A stretch of 64,000 nucleotides of DNA from an uncultured Collinsella sp. (GTDB lineage Bacteria > Actinomycetota > Coriobacteriia > Coriobacteriales > Coriobacteriaceae): the NCBI GenBank assembly GCA_958350755.1, contig CATWID010000007.1, positions 2,460 through 66,459 of the forward strand, read 5' to 3'. The notes beneath the pieces are model-generated. The model made no database searches. It was given only the letters and a program-made list of their open reading frames with translations, and was not told the DNA's origin. Shown here piece by piece: positions 47,228 to 56,622 of the stretch (positions are counted from its first letter, which is position 1; each line of letters begins with the position of its first letter). A program made the translations under genes and the position numbers.

Positions 47228-48685
47228 ATGAGCGACTGCGAATCCATGCCTGCCGAGGTGCGCGACCGCCTGCGCTCCATTCCCGCCGTTCACGAGCTGC
47301 TGGCCGAGTGGCCGGTCATGAAGGCTGCCGGCGATGCGGGCGACATGATTGTGCGCGAGGCGATTGATGCCGAGCTCGATGCCGAGCGCGAGGCGATTCG
47401 CTCTGGCGTCCCCGCTAGGAATAAGCGCGAGCTCGCCTTGGCCATCGAGCAGCGGTGCCACCGACTGTCGCTGCCGACCCTGCGCCCTGCCGTCAACGCG
47501 TCGGGCGTTGTGATTCACACCAATCTGGGCCGTGCTCCGCTTGCTCCCGCAGCGGTGCAGGCGGTGGCCGATGTCGCCCGCGGCTACAGCACGCTTGAGT
47601 ATGACGTCGCGACCTGTGCCCGTGGGGGCCGCAAAGAGCATGCCGCGCGTCTGCTGCGCACGCTCACGGGGGCGCAGGACGCCCTGGTTGTCAACAACAA
47701 CGCCGCGGCGGTGCTGCTGGTGCTTGCCGCGCATGCAAGCGGCAAAGAGGTCATCGTGAGCCGTGGCGAGCTTGTCGAGGTGGGCGGCAGCTTCCGCATT
47801 CCCGATATCATGGCGGCTTCGGGTGCCAAGCTTGTCGAGGTGGGCTCCACCAACCGCACGCATCTGGATGATTACCGAAGCGCCATTACGCCCAATACGG
47901 CGATGATCTTGAAAGTTCATCCTTCTAACTACCGTATCGAGGGTTTCCACGAGGAGGTTTCCGCGGCGGAGCTTTCTGCGCTGGCGCATGAGCACGGGCT
48001 GTTACTGTACGAGGACCAGGGCTCGGGCGCTTTGCTTACAGATGAGGTGCTCGTCGATGCTGGGGAGAAGCCCACGTCCGCCTCGCTTTGCGCCGGCGTT
48101 GACGTCGTCTCGTGCTCGGGCGACAAGCTGCTCGGCGCCTCGCAAGCGGGCATTATTCTCGGTAGCGCCCAGGTAATCGCCGCCTGTGCCTCGCATCCGC
48201 TTATGCGCGCGCTTCGCCCCGGCAAGCTCACGCTCGCGGCGCTCGAGGCCACTTTGCGCCTGTATGTGACCGGATCCGATACAGCGCATCGGGAGATCCC
48301 GGTGCTCAACATGCTTTCCGGCGCGCCGGCTCCGCTCGAGCGTCAGGCCAAGCGCCTGCATGACCGCATGCTGCGCAAGCTTCGCGAGTCTCAGTGTGAG
48401 GAGGCGGTGGAGCTGCAGGTTGTCGAGGGCGTGTCTGCTCCGGGCGGCGGTTCGCTGCCGACCGTCGAGCTCCCAACTTTTTGCGTTGCCGTCTGTCCCG
48501 TCGATGGGCGTCTATCCGCCGATGGCCTAAAGCGCGCTATGGTACAGGAGCCCGATACGCCGGTTGTGACGCGCGTGCGGCACGACCAGGTGCTTTTTGA
48601 CGTTCGCACGCTTTTGCGCGACACCGACCTTGACCTGTGTGCGTCTGCGTTGGCGGATGCCGTGCGGGCAGGTTTGCGTCGATGA
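47228..48685 (+). CDS. selA: L-seryl-tRNA(Sec) selenium transferase
   Basis: NASGVVIHTNLGRAPL, VNNNAAA, SRGELVEVGGSFRIPD and SGDKLLG motifs. Confidence 0.95.
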   Translation: MSDCESMPAEVRDRLRSIPAVHELLAEWPVMKAAGDAGDMIVREAIDAELDAEREAIRSGVPARNKRELALAIEQRCHRLSLPTLRPAVNASGVVIHTNLGRAPLAPAAVQAVADVARGYSTLEYDVATCARGGRKEHAARLLRTLTGAQDALVVNNNAAAVLLVLAAHASGKEVIVSRGELVEVGGSFRIPDIMAASGAKLVEVGSTNRTHLDDYRSAITPNTAMILKVHPSNYRIEGFHEEVSAAELSALAHEHGLLLYEDQGSGALLTDEVLVDAGEKPTSASLCAGVDVVSCSGDKLLGASQAGIILGSAQVIAACASHPLMRALRPGKLTLAALEATLRLYVTGSDTAHREIPVLNMLSGAPAPLERQAKRLHDRMLRKLRESQCEEAVELQVVEGVSAPGGGSLPTVELPTFCVAVCPVDGRLSADGLKRAMVQEPDTPVVTRVRHDQVLFDVRTLLRDTDLDLCASALADAVRAGLRR

Positions 48686-50646
48686 CCGCGCGCGAGCTTG
48701 TCGAATGTCCCGTTATCGTCGGAACGGCAGGACACGTCGACCACGGAAAGTCGGCCCTTATCGAGGCGCTGACCGGCAAAAATCCCGACCGTCTGGAGGT
48801 CGAACGGCGCCGAGGCATGACCACTGAGCTCGGCTTTGGCGAGCTCGAGCTTCCCAGCGGCAAGCTTGTCGGCTTGGTCGACGTACCCGGGCATGCGCAC
48901 TATCTGCGCGCCATGGTACAGGGCGCCACCGGCGTGGACGTTGCGTTGCTGGCGGTTTCGGCCGTTGAGGGCGTGATGCCGCAGACCCGCGAGCACGTTC
49001 GGGTTCTGGAGCTGTTGGGTGTGACGCGCATGGTCGTCGCACTCACGATGCGCGATTTGGCCGACCACGAGATTGCCGCGCTGGCGGAGCTCGATGTCGA
49101 GGCGTTTCTGGACGGGACCGTGTTTGCGGGTGCCTCTATAGTGCCGGTGTCCTCCAAGACGGGCGAGGGCCTGGACGAGCTGCTTACGACGCTCGATAAC
49201 ACGGTTTGTTCGTGCTGGTCGGAGCATCTGGAGGCGACCGCTGGCTCGGGCGCCGCGCCCCGTCTTCCCATCGACCGTTGCTTTAGCATCCGCGGCACCG
49301 GAACCGTCGTGACGGGTACGCTGCACGACGGTCCCGTTTCGGTTGGCGATGAGCTCGTTGCGCTGCCGTCGCAAACGCGCTGTCGCGTGCGCGGGGTGCA
49401 GGTTCACGGGGATACCCAGTGCGCGGTTCCCGGCCAGCGCGTCGCCCTGAACCTGGTGGGCGATGGCGTGGCGGGCCTCAAGCGCGGCGAGATGCTCGGC
49501 GTCGAGGGTCGCGTGGGCCAGACGCTGCGCTTTTTGATGCAACTGACATATGTGGGGCGCGATGGCGTGCGAGCCGGCGTTCTTGCTTCGGGTACACGCG
49601 TGCACGTTATGGCGGGCACGGCTGAGGTGCTCGGCCGCATTATGCTTTTAGACGACGAGCCGCCTATTGCGGTCGGCGAGACGCGTGTGGTGCAGGTGCG
49701 CCTGGAACGGCCGCTGCCGTTGCGCGCCGGCGATCATGCCGTCATTCTGTCGTATTCGCCGATTTCGCTGCTTGGCGGCGGACGCGTCCTGCTATCGCGC
49801 TGTCGCCGCGCGCGGGTCCTGTCGGCGGGGGAGCGCGCGTTGTATGCGGCGCTTGAGTCCGGAGATGTCGCGGACGGCGTACACGCGTGGCTGGCGCTGC
49901 AAACGCTGCCTGTTGCTGCTGCCGGTGTTGCCGCAGCGCTCGATCTTGTTACCGGCGAGGTCGAGATCGTTTTGCGTGGGCTTGTGGACCAGGCTGCCGT
50001 GTGCGAGCTTGCTGCGGGCGGTGCGGTGCTCTACGCAGATGCCTCGGCTCTCGATGCTGCAATGGATGTGCTGGCTGCGGCCTTGTCCTCCATGCACGCG
50101 GCGGCTCCCAAGGAGATCGGCTTTACGTCCGGTGCGGTCGCGCACGCGGCTTGGCCGGGCGCCGGTAACGATGTCGCGATGGCACTTATTGCCGAGGGCT
50201 GTGCACGTGGCGTGTGCGCCGTCGACGGTGCCGAGGTGTTCGACCCGCATTCCGCCGCCGCGGCGATACGCGTGGTGCGCGAGGCTGGCCAGCGTATCGT
50301 GGCCCTGCTGGATGAGGCCGGTCTTAATGCGCCGACGCTTCCCGAGGTGAGCGAACAGTTGCAGCTCGATCGCGACACCATGACGCGTGCACTGCGCGAG
50401 CTTTCGCTCAACCACTCGATCGTTAAGGTCGAGCGCGACGTTGCCTTGTCCGCCGCTGCCGAGGCCCATGCGCGTGAGGTTGTTGCGACGGCTATCGAGG
50501 CTGCTGGCGGCGCCGCCACCACGAGTGTGCTGCGCGAAGCCCTGGGCGTGTCGCGCAAACGAACCATTAGCATCTTGGAGCACCTGGATGCCGTGCGCTT
50601 TACAGTACTCGACAAGGAGTCCGGCGGTCTGAGATCGCTGCGTTAG
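48682..50646 (+). CDS. selB: Selenocysteine-specific elongation factor
   Basis: GHVDHGKS, DVPGH, PIDRCFSIRGTGTVVTGT and C-terminal winged helix SRK...LEHLD; ATGA overlap with selA. Confidence 0.94.
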   Translation: MTARELVECPVIVGTAGHVDHGKSALIEALTGKNPDRLEVERRRGMTTELGFGELELPSGKLVGLVDVPGHAHYLRAMVQGATGVDVALLAVSAVEGVMPQTREHVRVLELLGVTRMVVALTMRDLADHEIAALAELDVEAFLDGTVFAGASIVPVSSKTGEGLDELLTTLDNTVCSCWSEHLEATAGSGAAPRLPIDRCFSIRGTGTVVTGTLHDGPVSVGDELVALPSQTRCRVRGVQVHGDTQCAVPGQRVALNLVGDGVAGLKRGEMLGVEGRVGQTLRFLMQLTYVGRDGVRAGVLASGTRVHVMAGTAEVLGRIMLLDDEPPIAVGETRVVQVRLERPLPLRAGDHAVILSYSPISLLGGGRVLLSRCRRARVLSAGERALYAALESGDVADGVHAWLALQTLPVAAAGVAAALDLVTGEVEIVLRGLVDQAAVCELAAGGAVLYADASALDAAMDVLAAALSSMHAAAPKEIGFTSGAVAHAAWPGAGNDVAMALIAEGCARGVCAVDGAEVFDPHSAAAAIRVVREAGQRIVALLDEAGLNAPTLPEVSEQLQLDRDTMTRALRELSLNHSIVKVERDVALSAAAEAHAREVVATAIEAAGGAATTSVLREALGVSRKRTISILEHLDAVRFTVLDKESGGLRSLR

Positions 50647-50708
50647 CGGTTTCCGCATCGCTCTTTTCGGTTGTGGTCTGTTGGGTTTGGTAAAATACCG
50701 CCACGTTT

Positions 50709-50805
50709 GGGAGCGGATGGGCTCCGGTGGGCCCCGCGGTCTTCAAAACCGTTGTGAGGCGTGCAAAACGTCTTGGATGTGTTCGATTCACATCCGTTCC
50801 CGCCA
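50709..50805 (+). tRNA. selC: tRNA-Sec(TCA)
   Basis: 8-bp acceptor stem, 6-bp D stem, cggt-ctTCAaa-accg anticodon arm, long variable arm, GCCA end; directly after selB. Confidence 0.95.
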
Positions 50806-50818
50806 ACGCATCTCGCCA

Positions 50819-50857
50819 AAACCACCACAAAGGTGCCTGTCCCCTTTGTGGTGGTTT
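50819..50857. repeat. REP-like hairpin of the same family as 2776-2814 and 3055-3093
   Basis: aaaccaccacaaagg-tgcctgtcc-cctttgtggtggttt with compensatory stem changes. Confidence 0.85.
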
Positions 50858-50858
50858 C

Positions 50859-50982
50859 GAAACGTGCGGGAAACAGCTTCGAAACACGCGATTTGCTCGT
50901 CAGGCGGTCAAAAAGCTATCTACCTGCATCGTAATCAAAATGAAACATCCGCTCGTTGCCTTATTCGTAACTTTGTAGCAAC
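50859..50982 (+). promoter_or_regulatory. Tandem 11-bp-phased GAAAC/GTAAC boxes upstream of gdhA
   Basis: GAAAC at 50859, 50870, 50881; GTAAT-N6-GAAAC at 50931; GTAAC-N6-GCAAC at 50967. Confidence 0.45.
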
Positions 50983-51068
50983 AGTGCGATATTATCCATA
51001 CTCGATAAAGCTCACGGCGCATGGGGCGCCGCGAACGACACCTTTCTTTTCCATCAATTGGAGGAAGC

Positions 51069-52424
51069 ATGAGCTACACGCAGAAAGTTCTCGACGAGCT
51101 CAAGGCCCGCTATCCCGAGCAGCCTGAGTTCATCCAGGCCGCGACCGAGATCCTCGGCACCATCCAGCCGGCGCTCGACGCCCATCCCGAGTACGAGGAG
51201 GCCGCCCTGCTGGAGCGCCTCGTCGAGCCCGAGCGCATCGTTATGTTCCGTGTCCCCTGGGTCGACGACCAGGGCAAGGTCCAGGTCAACCGCGGCTACC
51301 GCGTCGAGTTCAACTCTGCCATTGGACCCTACAAGGGCGGCCTGCGCTTTAACCCGACGGTCACCCTGGGCATGCTCAAGTTCCTGGGCCTGGAGCAGAT
51401 CCTCAAGAACAGCCTGACCACCCTTCCCATGGGCGGCGGCAAGGGCGGTTCCGACTTTGACCCCAAGGGCAAGTCCAACAACGAGATCATGCACTTCTGC
51501 CAGTCCTTCATGACCGAGCTCTATCGCCACATCGGTCCCAACACCGACGTTCCCGCCGGCGACCTGGGCGTTGGCGGCCGCGAGGTTGCCTACCTGTTCG
51601 GTCAGTACAAGCGCCTGACCAACGAGTGGACCGGCGTCCTCACCGGCAAGGGCCTCTCCTTTGGCGGCTCGCTCGCCCGTACCGAGGCCACCGGTTACGG
51701 CCTGGTCTACTTTGCGGACGAGTACCTCAAGAGCCGCGGCGACTCCTTCGAGGGCAAGAACGTCGTCGTTCACGGCTCCGGTAACGTTGCCATCTACGCC
51801 GTCCAGAAGGTTTCCCAGCTCGGCGGCAAGGTGCTGGCCTGCTCCGATACCCACGGCTGGGTCGAGGATCCCGACGGCATCGACTACTCCGTGCTCGAGC
51901 ACGTCTACAACCAGAAGCGCTCTGGCCACGACAAGGGCGTCACGCTCGCCATGTACGTTGACGAGAAGCCCAATGCCACGTGGCACGAGGGCGACGGCCG
52001 TGGCGTGTGGCAGCTGCCCTGCGACATCGCGCTGCCCTGCGCTCGCGAGAACACGCTGCTGTTCGAGGACGCCCAGGCGCTCGTCGCCAACGGCTGCAAG
52101 GTGGTCGGCGAGGGCGCAAACATGCCCACGACCATCGAGGCCACGACCTACTTCCAGGAGAACGGCGTCGCCTTTATGCCCGGTAAGGCTGCCAACGCCG
52201 GCGGCGTGCTCGTGTCCGGCCTGGAGATGAGCCAGAACGCCGAGCACCTGTCCTGGACCTTCGAGGAGGTCGACGGCAAGCTCGAGCAGCTCATGCGCGG
52301 CATGTTCCACAACGTGGACGACACCGCCAAGGAGTATGGCCAGGAGGGCAACTTTGTCATGGGCGCCAACATCGCCGGCTTCCTGAAGGTCGCCGACGCC
52401 ATGATGGCCCAGGGCGTCTGCTAA
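51069..52424 (+). CDS. gdhA: NADP-specific glutamate dehydrogenase
   Basis: GPYKGGLRF, MGGGKGG, DVPAGD, EATGYG and EGANMP motifs. Confidence 0.96.
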   Translation: MSYTQKVLDELKARYPEQPEFIQAATEILGTIQPALDAHPEYEEAALLERLVEPERIVMFRVPWVDDQGKVQVNRGYRVEFNSAIGPYKGGLRFNPTVTLGMLKFLGLEQILKNSLTTLPMGGGKGGSDFDPKGKSNNEIMHFCQSFMTELYRHIGPNTDVPAGDLGVGGREVAYLFGQYKRLTNEWTGVLTGKGLSFGGSLARTEATGYGLVYFADEYLKSRGDSFEGKNVVVHGSGNVAIYAVQKVSQLGGKVLACSDTHGWVEDPDGIDYSVLEHVYNQKRSGHDKGVTLAMYVDEKPNATWHEGDGRGVWQLPCDIALPCARENTLLFEDAQALVANGCKVVGEGANMPTTIEATTYFQENGVAFMPGKAANAGGVLVSGLEMSQNAEHLSWTFEEVDGKLEQLMRGMFHNVDDTAKEYGQEGNFVMGANIAGFLKVADAMMAQGVC

Positions 52425-52467
52425 ATCCAGCTTGACATAGCTCCGCACAGCACCAGCTGATGCGCCT

Positions 52468-52501
52468 AAGGCTCCCGGCAATTCCTGCCGGGAGCCTTTT
52501 T
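52468..52501 (+). terminator. Intrinsic terminator after gdhA
   Basis: aaggctcccggca / tgccgggagcctt followed by a T run. Confidence 0.85.
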
Positions 52502-52576
52502 CTATGGTGGTGAGGGTCGTGCGCCCTCGTTTGGTACACTTAGGGGTACTGGACAAGTAAAGAGATGGGGGAGAAC

Positions 52577-53479
52577 GTGCTCAAGTTCGGTACCTACGTC
52601 CGTGTTGGAAACGCGGCCGAAGCCTATGAGCTCTTACAGAAGAACCGCAACAACAAGATTGTGGGCGGCGGCATCTGGATGCGCCTGGGTTCGCGTCGCG
52701 TGGCGACGGCGATTGACCTTTCGGCCTGCGGACTCGATCAGATCGAGGAGACCGAGACCGAGTTTCGCATCGGTGCCATGTGCACCCTGCGCCAGCTCGA
52801 GCGCGATGCCGGGCTCAACGCGCTCGTCAACAACGTATTCGAGTTTGCCGTCCACGACATTGTGGGCGTGCAGCTGCGCAATACCGCCACGGTGGGTGGC
52901 AGCATCTACGGCCGCTTTGGTTTTTCGGACGTGCTCTCGGCCTTTTTGGCGCTCGACTCGTACGTTGAGCTGACGGGTGCCGGCCGCGTGCCGCTTGCCG
53001 AGTTTGTGAACATGGGCTATGTGCGCGACGTGATCGAGCACGTCGTGGTCGTTAAGCACGACTACCGCGCGAGCTACGAGGCCGTACGCAAGGCCGCGAC
53101 CGACTTCCCCTCCCTAAACGTTACCGCCGCCTGGTGGGATAACAGCTGGCATGTCACCGTGGGCGCCCGCCCGCTGCGTGCGACCCTGCTGCAGGGCGAG
53201 GCATGCGGCCTCACCAGCGAGCAGCCTTCCGAGGACGAGCTGCGCGCCCTGGCCGCATCCGTTCGCGCGCTGAGTTACGGCACCAACCTGTGGGGCTCGG
53301 CCGACTACCGCCGCCGCATCTCGGCACCGTTGGCGATTCAGGCCGTGCGCCGCGCCGCCGGCATCGAGCTTTCGGCCGCGCTTGCCCGCGAGCTCGAGAC
53401 CGTGCAGATCCCTAAGTTCGCCACGGACGAGTATTCCTGCCGCCGCGTGCCCGGCGTCGATTCTAGCGAGGTGCGCTAA
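52577..53479 (+). CDS. FAD-binding subunit of a xanthine dehydrogenase-family molybdoenzyme (YgfM-like)
   Basis: IVGGG, RIGAM, QLRNTATVGG and GSADYRR motifs; start 52565 or 52577. Confidence 0.88.
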   Translation: MLKFGTYVRVGNAAEAYELLQKNRNNKIVGGGIWMRLGSRRVATAIDLSACGLDQIEETETEFRIGAMCTLRQLERDAGLNALVNNVFEFAVHDIVGVQLRNTATVGGSIYGRFGFSDVLSAFLALDSYVELTGAGRVPLAEFVNMGYVRDVIEHVVVVKHDYRASYEAVRKAATDFPSLNVTAAWWDNSWHVTVGARPLRATLLQGEACGLTSEQPSEDELRALAASVRALSYGTNLWGSADYRRRISAPLAIQAVRRAAGIELSAALARELETVQIPKFATDEYSCRRVPGVDSSEVR

Positions 53480-56310
53480 TGGCTGCCAAACTCATCGATC
53501 TTTCCTTTACGCTCAACGGCCGCAAGGTCAAGGTTCAGATTGCCCCCGACACCATGCTCTTTGCGCTGCTGCGCGAGCAGGGCTGCGCGTCGGTGCGCTG
53601 CGCCTGCGAGACCACCAACTGCGGCCTGTGCACGGTGTGGCTCGACGGCGACCCGGTGCTGAGCTGCTCGGTTCCTGCCGCCCGTGTTGAGGGCCATACC
53701 ATCACCACGCTTGAGGGCCTTAAGGCCGAGTCCGAGGCGCTCGCCCGCGCCATGGCCGCCGAAGGTGCCGAGCAGTGCGGTTTTTGCGCCCCCGGCCTCA
53801 TCATGAACGTGCTGGCGCTCGCCCGCGCCGCCAAGGAGGACCCGAGCCTCGTCGCCACACGCGAGGAGCTCTCGCGCCAGCTCGCAGGCAACCTCTGCCG
53901 CTGCAGCGGCTACGAGAGCCAGCTGCGCGCCATCGTCCGCTTCCTTAACGAGTCTGGCGTGCAGGTGGGCTTCGAGATGCCCGAGCTGCCGGTCAATAAC
54001 ACCAGCTCTGACGGCGTCACCTACAAGCAGATCACCCACAAGCAGCCCAAGAAGGACTCGAAGGCCCTGCTCGAGGGTCGTCCGGTCTACACCGGCGATA
54101 TGGTGCCCGCCGGCGCGCTCATCGTTAAGCTCAAGCGCAGCCCGTACGCCCGCGCCAAGATCCGCTCCATCGATACGTCGCGCGCCCTGAAGGTGCCCGG
54201 CGTGGTGGGCGTCTACACCTACGAGGACGTGCCCAAGCGCCGCTTTACCATCGCCGGCCAGAGCTATCCGCAGCCGAGTCCCTACGACCGCCTGATTCTC
54301 GAGAACCTCGTCCGTTACCAAAACGAGGAGGTGGCAATCGTTGCCGCCGAGACCGAGGAGGCTGCTGACAAGGCGCTCAAGCTCATCAAGGTCGACTATG
54401 AGGTGCTCGAGCCGCTGCTCGACTTTACCCAGGCGCTCGATAACGACATCGTGGTCCACCCCGAGGGCGACGTGACCTTTATGTTCCCGCAGGGCGGGGA
54501 TGTCTCGCGCAACTTGGTATGCAGCGGCACGAGCGACTTTGGCGACTTGGACGAGGCCTTCGCCCAGAGCGACATCGTCTTCACCCGCACCTACACCAGC
54601 CAGGCCACGCAGACCGCGCCCATGGAAACCTTCCGCGCCTTCGCGACGACCGACGTGTTCGGGCGCATTTCGGTGACCACCTCCACGCAGGTGCCCTTCC
54701 ACGTGCGCCGCATGGTCGCGCAGTCGCTCGACATTCCGCAGTCGCAGGTGCAGGTTATTAAGCCGCGCATCGGTGGCGGCTTTGGCTCCAAGCAGACGGG
54801 CTGCTGCGAGATCTTCGTGGCGTTCGTGACCCAGCAGACCGGCCGTCCGAGCTATTGCTGCTACACCCGCGAGGAGACCATCACCGCGGGCAACTCGCGC
54901 CATCAGATGCAGATGACCGTTAAGCTGGGCGCCATGAACGACGGCACCATCACGGCCATCGACTTACATACGCTGTCCAACGCCGGCGCGTACGGCGAAC
55001 ACGCCACCACGACGATCGGCCTTTCGGGCCACAAGAGTCTGCCCATCTACAACCACGTGAAGGCGAGCCGCTTTAGCTGGGACGCCGTCTACACCAACAC
55101 CAACCGCGGCGGAGCGTATCGCGGCTACGGTGCCACCCAGGGCCAGTTTGCCGTGGAGAGTGCCGTCAACGAGCTTGCCGACATGCTGCACATGGACCCC
55201 GCCGACCTGCGCCTTAAGAACATCGTGCGCGAGGGCGAGATCATGCCGCAGTACTACAACGAGAAGCTCAACGCCTGCGCACTCGACCGCTGCCTGCTGC
55301 GTGCGATGGACATGATCGGTTGGCGCGACAAGCCGCTGGCCGTGGACCTGGGCGACCGCGTGCGCGCCCTGGGCTGTGCGCTCACCATGCAGGGCTCGGG
55401 CATTTCCAACGTGGATATCGCCGGCATTGACATGCGCCTGGAAGAGGACGGCTTTATCACGCTTTCGACCGGCGCCACCGACAACGGCATGGGCGTCGAC
55501 ACGATCCTGGCGCAGATTGCCGCCGAGGAGCTGGGCGTGGAGAGCTCTCTCATTGTGGTTCGTGGCGTGGATACCGATGTATCGCCCTTCGACGCCGGCT
55601 CGTACGCGAGCTCGGGTACGTACGTGACGGGCCTGGCCGCCAAGAATGCCGCGACCGAGCTGCGCAAGAAGATTTGCGCCAAGGCCGCCCAGATGTGGGA
55701 CGTGGATGCCGCCGATGTGGTCTTTGATGGCCAGTACGTGCGCCTGTCCGACGAGCGCGCCGCCCGCGAGCGCGGTCGCTACCTCACGCTGCGCGACTTT
55801 GCCAACCTGTGCGTTAAGAACATCGAGGGCGGCGACGCGCTGACCTCGCATGCCTCTGCCAGCCTGCCCGTTTCGCCCCCGCCGTTTATGGCCGGCATTG
55901 CCGAGGTCGAGGTCGACAAGGCAACCGGCAAGGTGACCGTGGTGGATTACGCCGCGGCCGTCGACTGCGGCACCGTGATCAACGAGGCGCTCGCGCGCGT
56001 CCAGGCCGAGGGCGGCATTGCCCAGGGTATCGGTCACGCGCTCTACGAGATTGTCGAGCACGACGACCGCGGCCGTCTGCGTACCGGCAACTTTATGAGC
56101 TACAAGCTGCCCGCGCGCCTGGATATCGGCAGCATCCGCGTGGCCTTTGAGCCGAGCTATGAGCCGACGGGCCCGTTTGGCGCCAAATCGATCGGCGAGG
56201 TCGTCATCAACACGCCGCTCGCCGCCGTGGCCTCGGCCGTCGCACACGCCACGGGCCACCAGGTCCGCTCGCTGCCCATCACGCCGGAGAAAGCGCTGCT
56301 GGGGGAGTAG
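53479..56310 (+). CDS. Xanthine dehydrogenase-family Mo hydroxylase, fused 2Fe-2S + molybdopterin subunit (XdhD-like)
   Basis: CETTNCGLC, QCGFC, GNLCRC, IGGGFGSK, AYRGYG and GAKSIGE motifs. Confidence 0.9.
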   Translation: MAAKLIDLSFTLNGRKVKVQIAPDTMLFALLREQGCASVRCACETTNCGLCTVWLDGDPVLSCSVPAARVEGHTITTLEGLKAESEALARAMAAEGAEQCGFCAPGLIMNVLALARAAKEDPSLVATREELSRQLAGNLCRCSGYESQLRAIVRFLNESGVQVGFEMPELPVNNTSSDGVTYKQITHKQPKKDSKALLEGRPVYTGDMVPAGALIVKLKRSPYARAKIRSIDTSRALKVPGVVGVYTYEDVPKRRFTIAGQSYPQPSPYDRLILENLVRYQNEEVAIVAAETEEAADKALKLIKVDYEVLEPLLDFTQALDNDIVVHPEGDVTFMFPQGGDVSRNLVCSGTSDFGDLDEAFAQSDIVFTRTYTSQATQTAPMETFRAFATTDVFGRISVTTSTQVPFHVRRMVAQSLDIPQSQVQVIKPRIGGGFGSKQTGCCEIFVAFVTQQTGRPSYCCYTREETITAGNSRHQMQMTVKLGAMNDGTITAIDLHTLSNAGAYGEHATTTIGLSGHKSLPIYNHVKASRFSWDAVYTNTNRGGAYRGYGATQGQFAVESAVNELADMLHMDPADLRLKNIVREGEIMPQYYNEKLNACALDRCLLRAMDMIGWRDKPLAVDLGDRVRALGCALTMQGSGISNVDIAGIDMRLEEDGFITLSTGATDNGMGVDTILAQIAAEELGVESSLIVVRGVDTDVSPFDAGSYASSGTYVTGLAAKNAATELRKKICAKAAQMWDVDAADVVFDGQYVRLSDERAARERGRYLTLRDFANLCVKNIEGGDALTSHASASLPVSPPPFMAGIAEVEVDKATGKVTVVDYAAAVDCGTVINEALARVQAEGGIAQGIGHALYEIVEHDDRGRLRTGNFMSYKLPARLDIGSIRVAFEPSYEPTGPFGAKSIGEVVINTPLAAVASAVAHATGHQVRSLPITPEKALLGE

Positions 56311-56450
56311 CGGGTCGGCGAACAAGTCGTAATTGGCGGGGCGGGGCAACTCGACCCGCCTTTTGCACTCGTGGTGAGGTCGTGAGCCTGTAAAACGTGT
56401 GCGTGCGCTTGGCGCTCGTATCTGCTATCATTCCTAGTCTGTGCGCTCAT

Positions 56451-56534
56451 GCGGGCGTGGCGGAATTGGTAGACGCGCCAGATTTAGGTTCTGGTGGGAT
56501 TCCCGTGAAGGTTCGAGTCCTTTCGCCCGCACCA
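56451..56534 (+). tRNA. tRNA-Leu(TAG)
   Basis: ccaga-ttTAGgt-tctgg anticodon arm, variable arm, ACCA end. Confidence 0.95.
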
Positions 56535-56622
56535 TCGCACCTGCGTCGGCTCCCGCCGTCGCGACTCTTTGTTGCATAAAGGTACCAGCACCTCAGATAA
56601 GCTGGGCAGTATGAGGAGGAAC

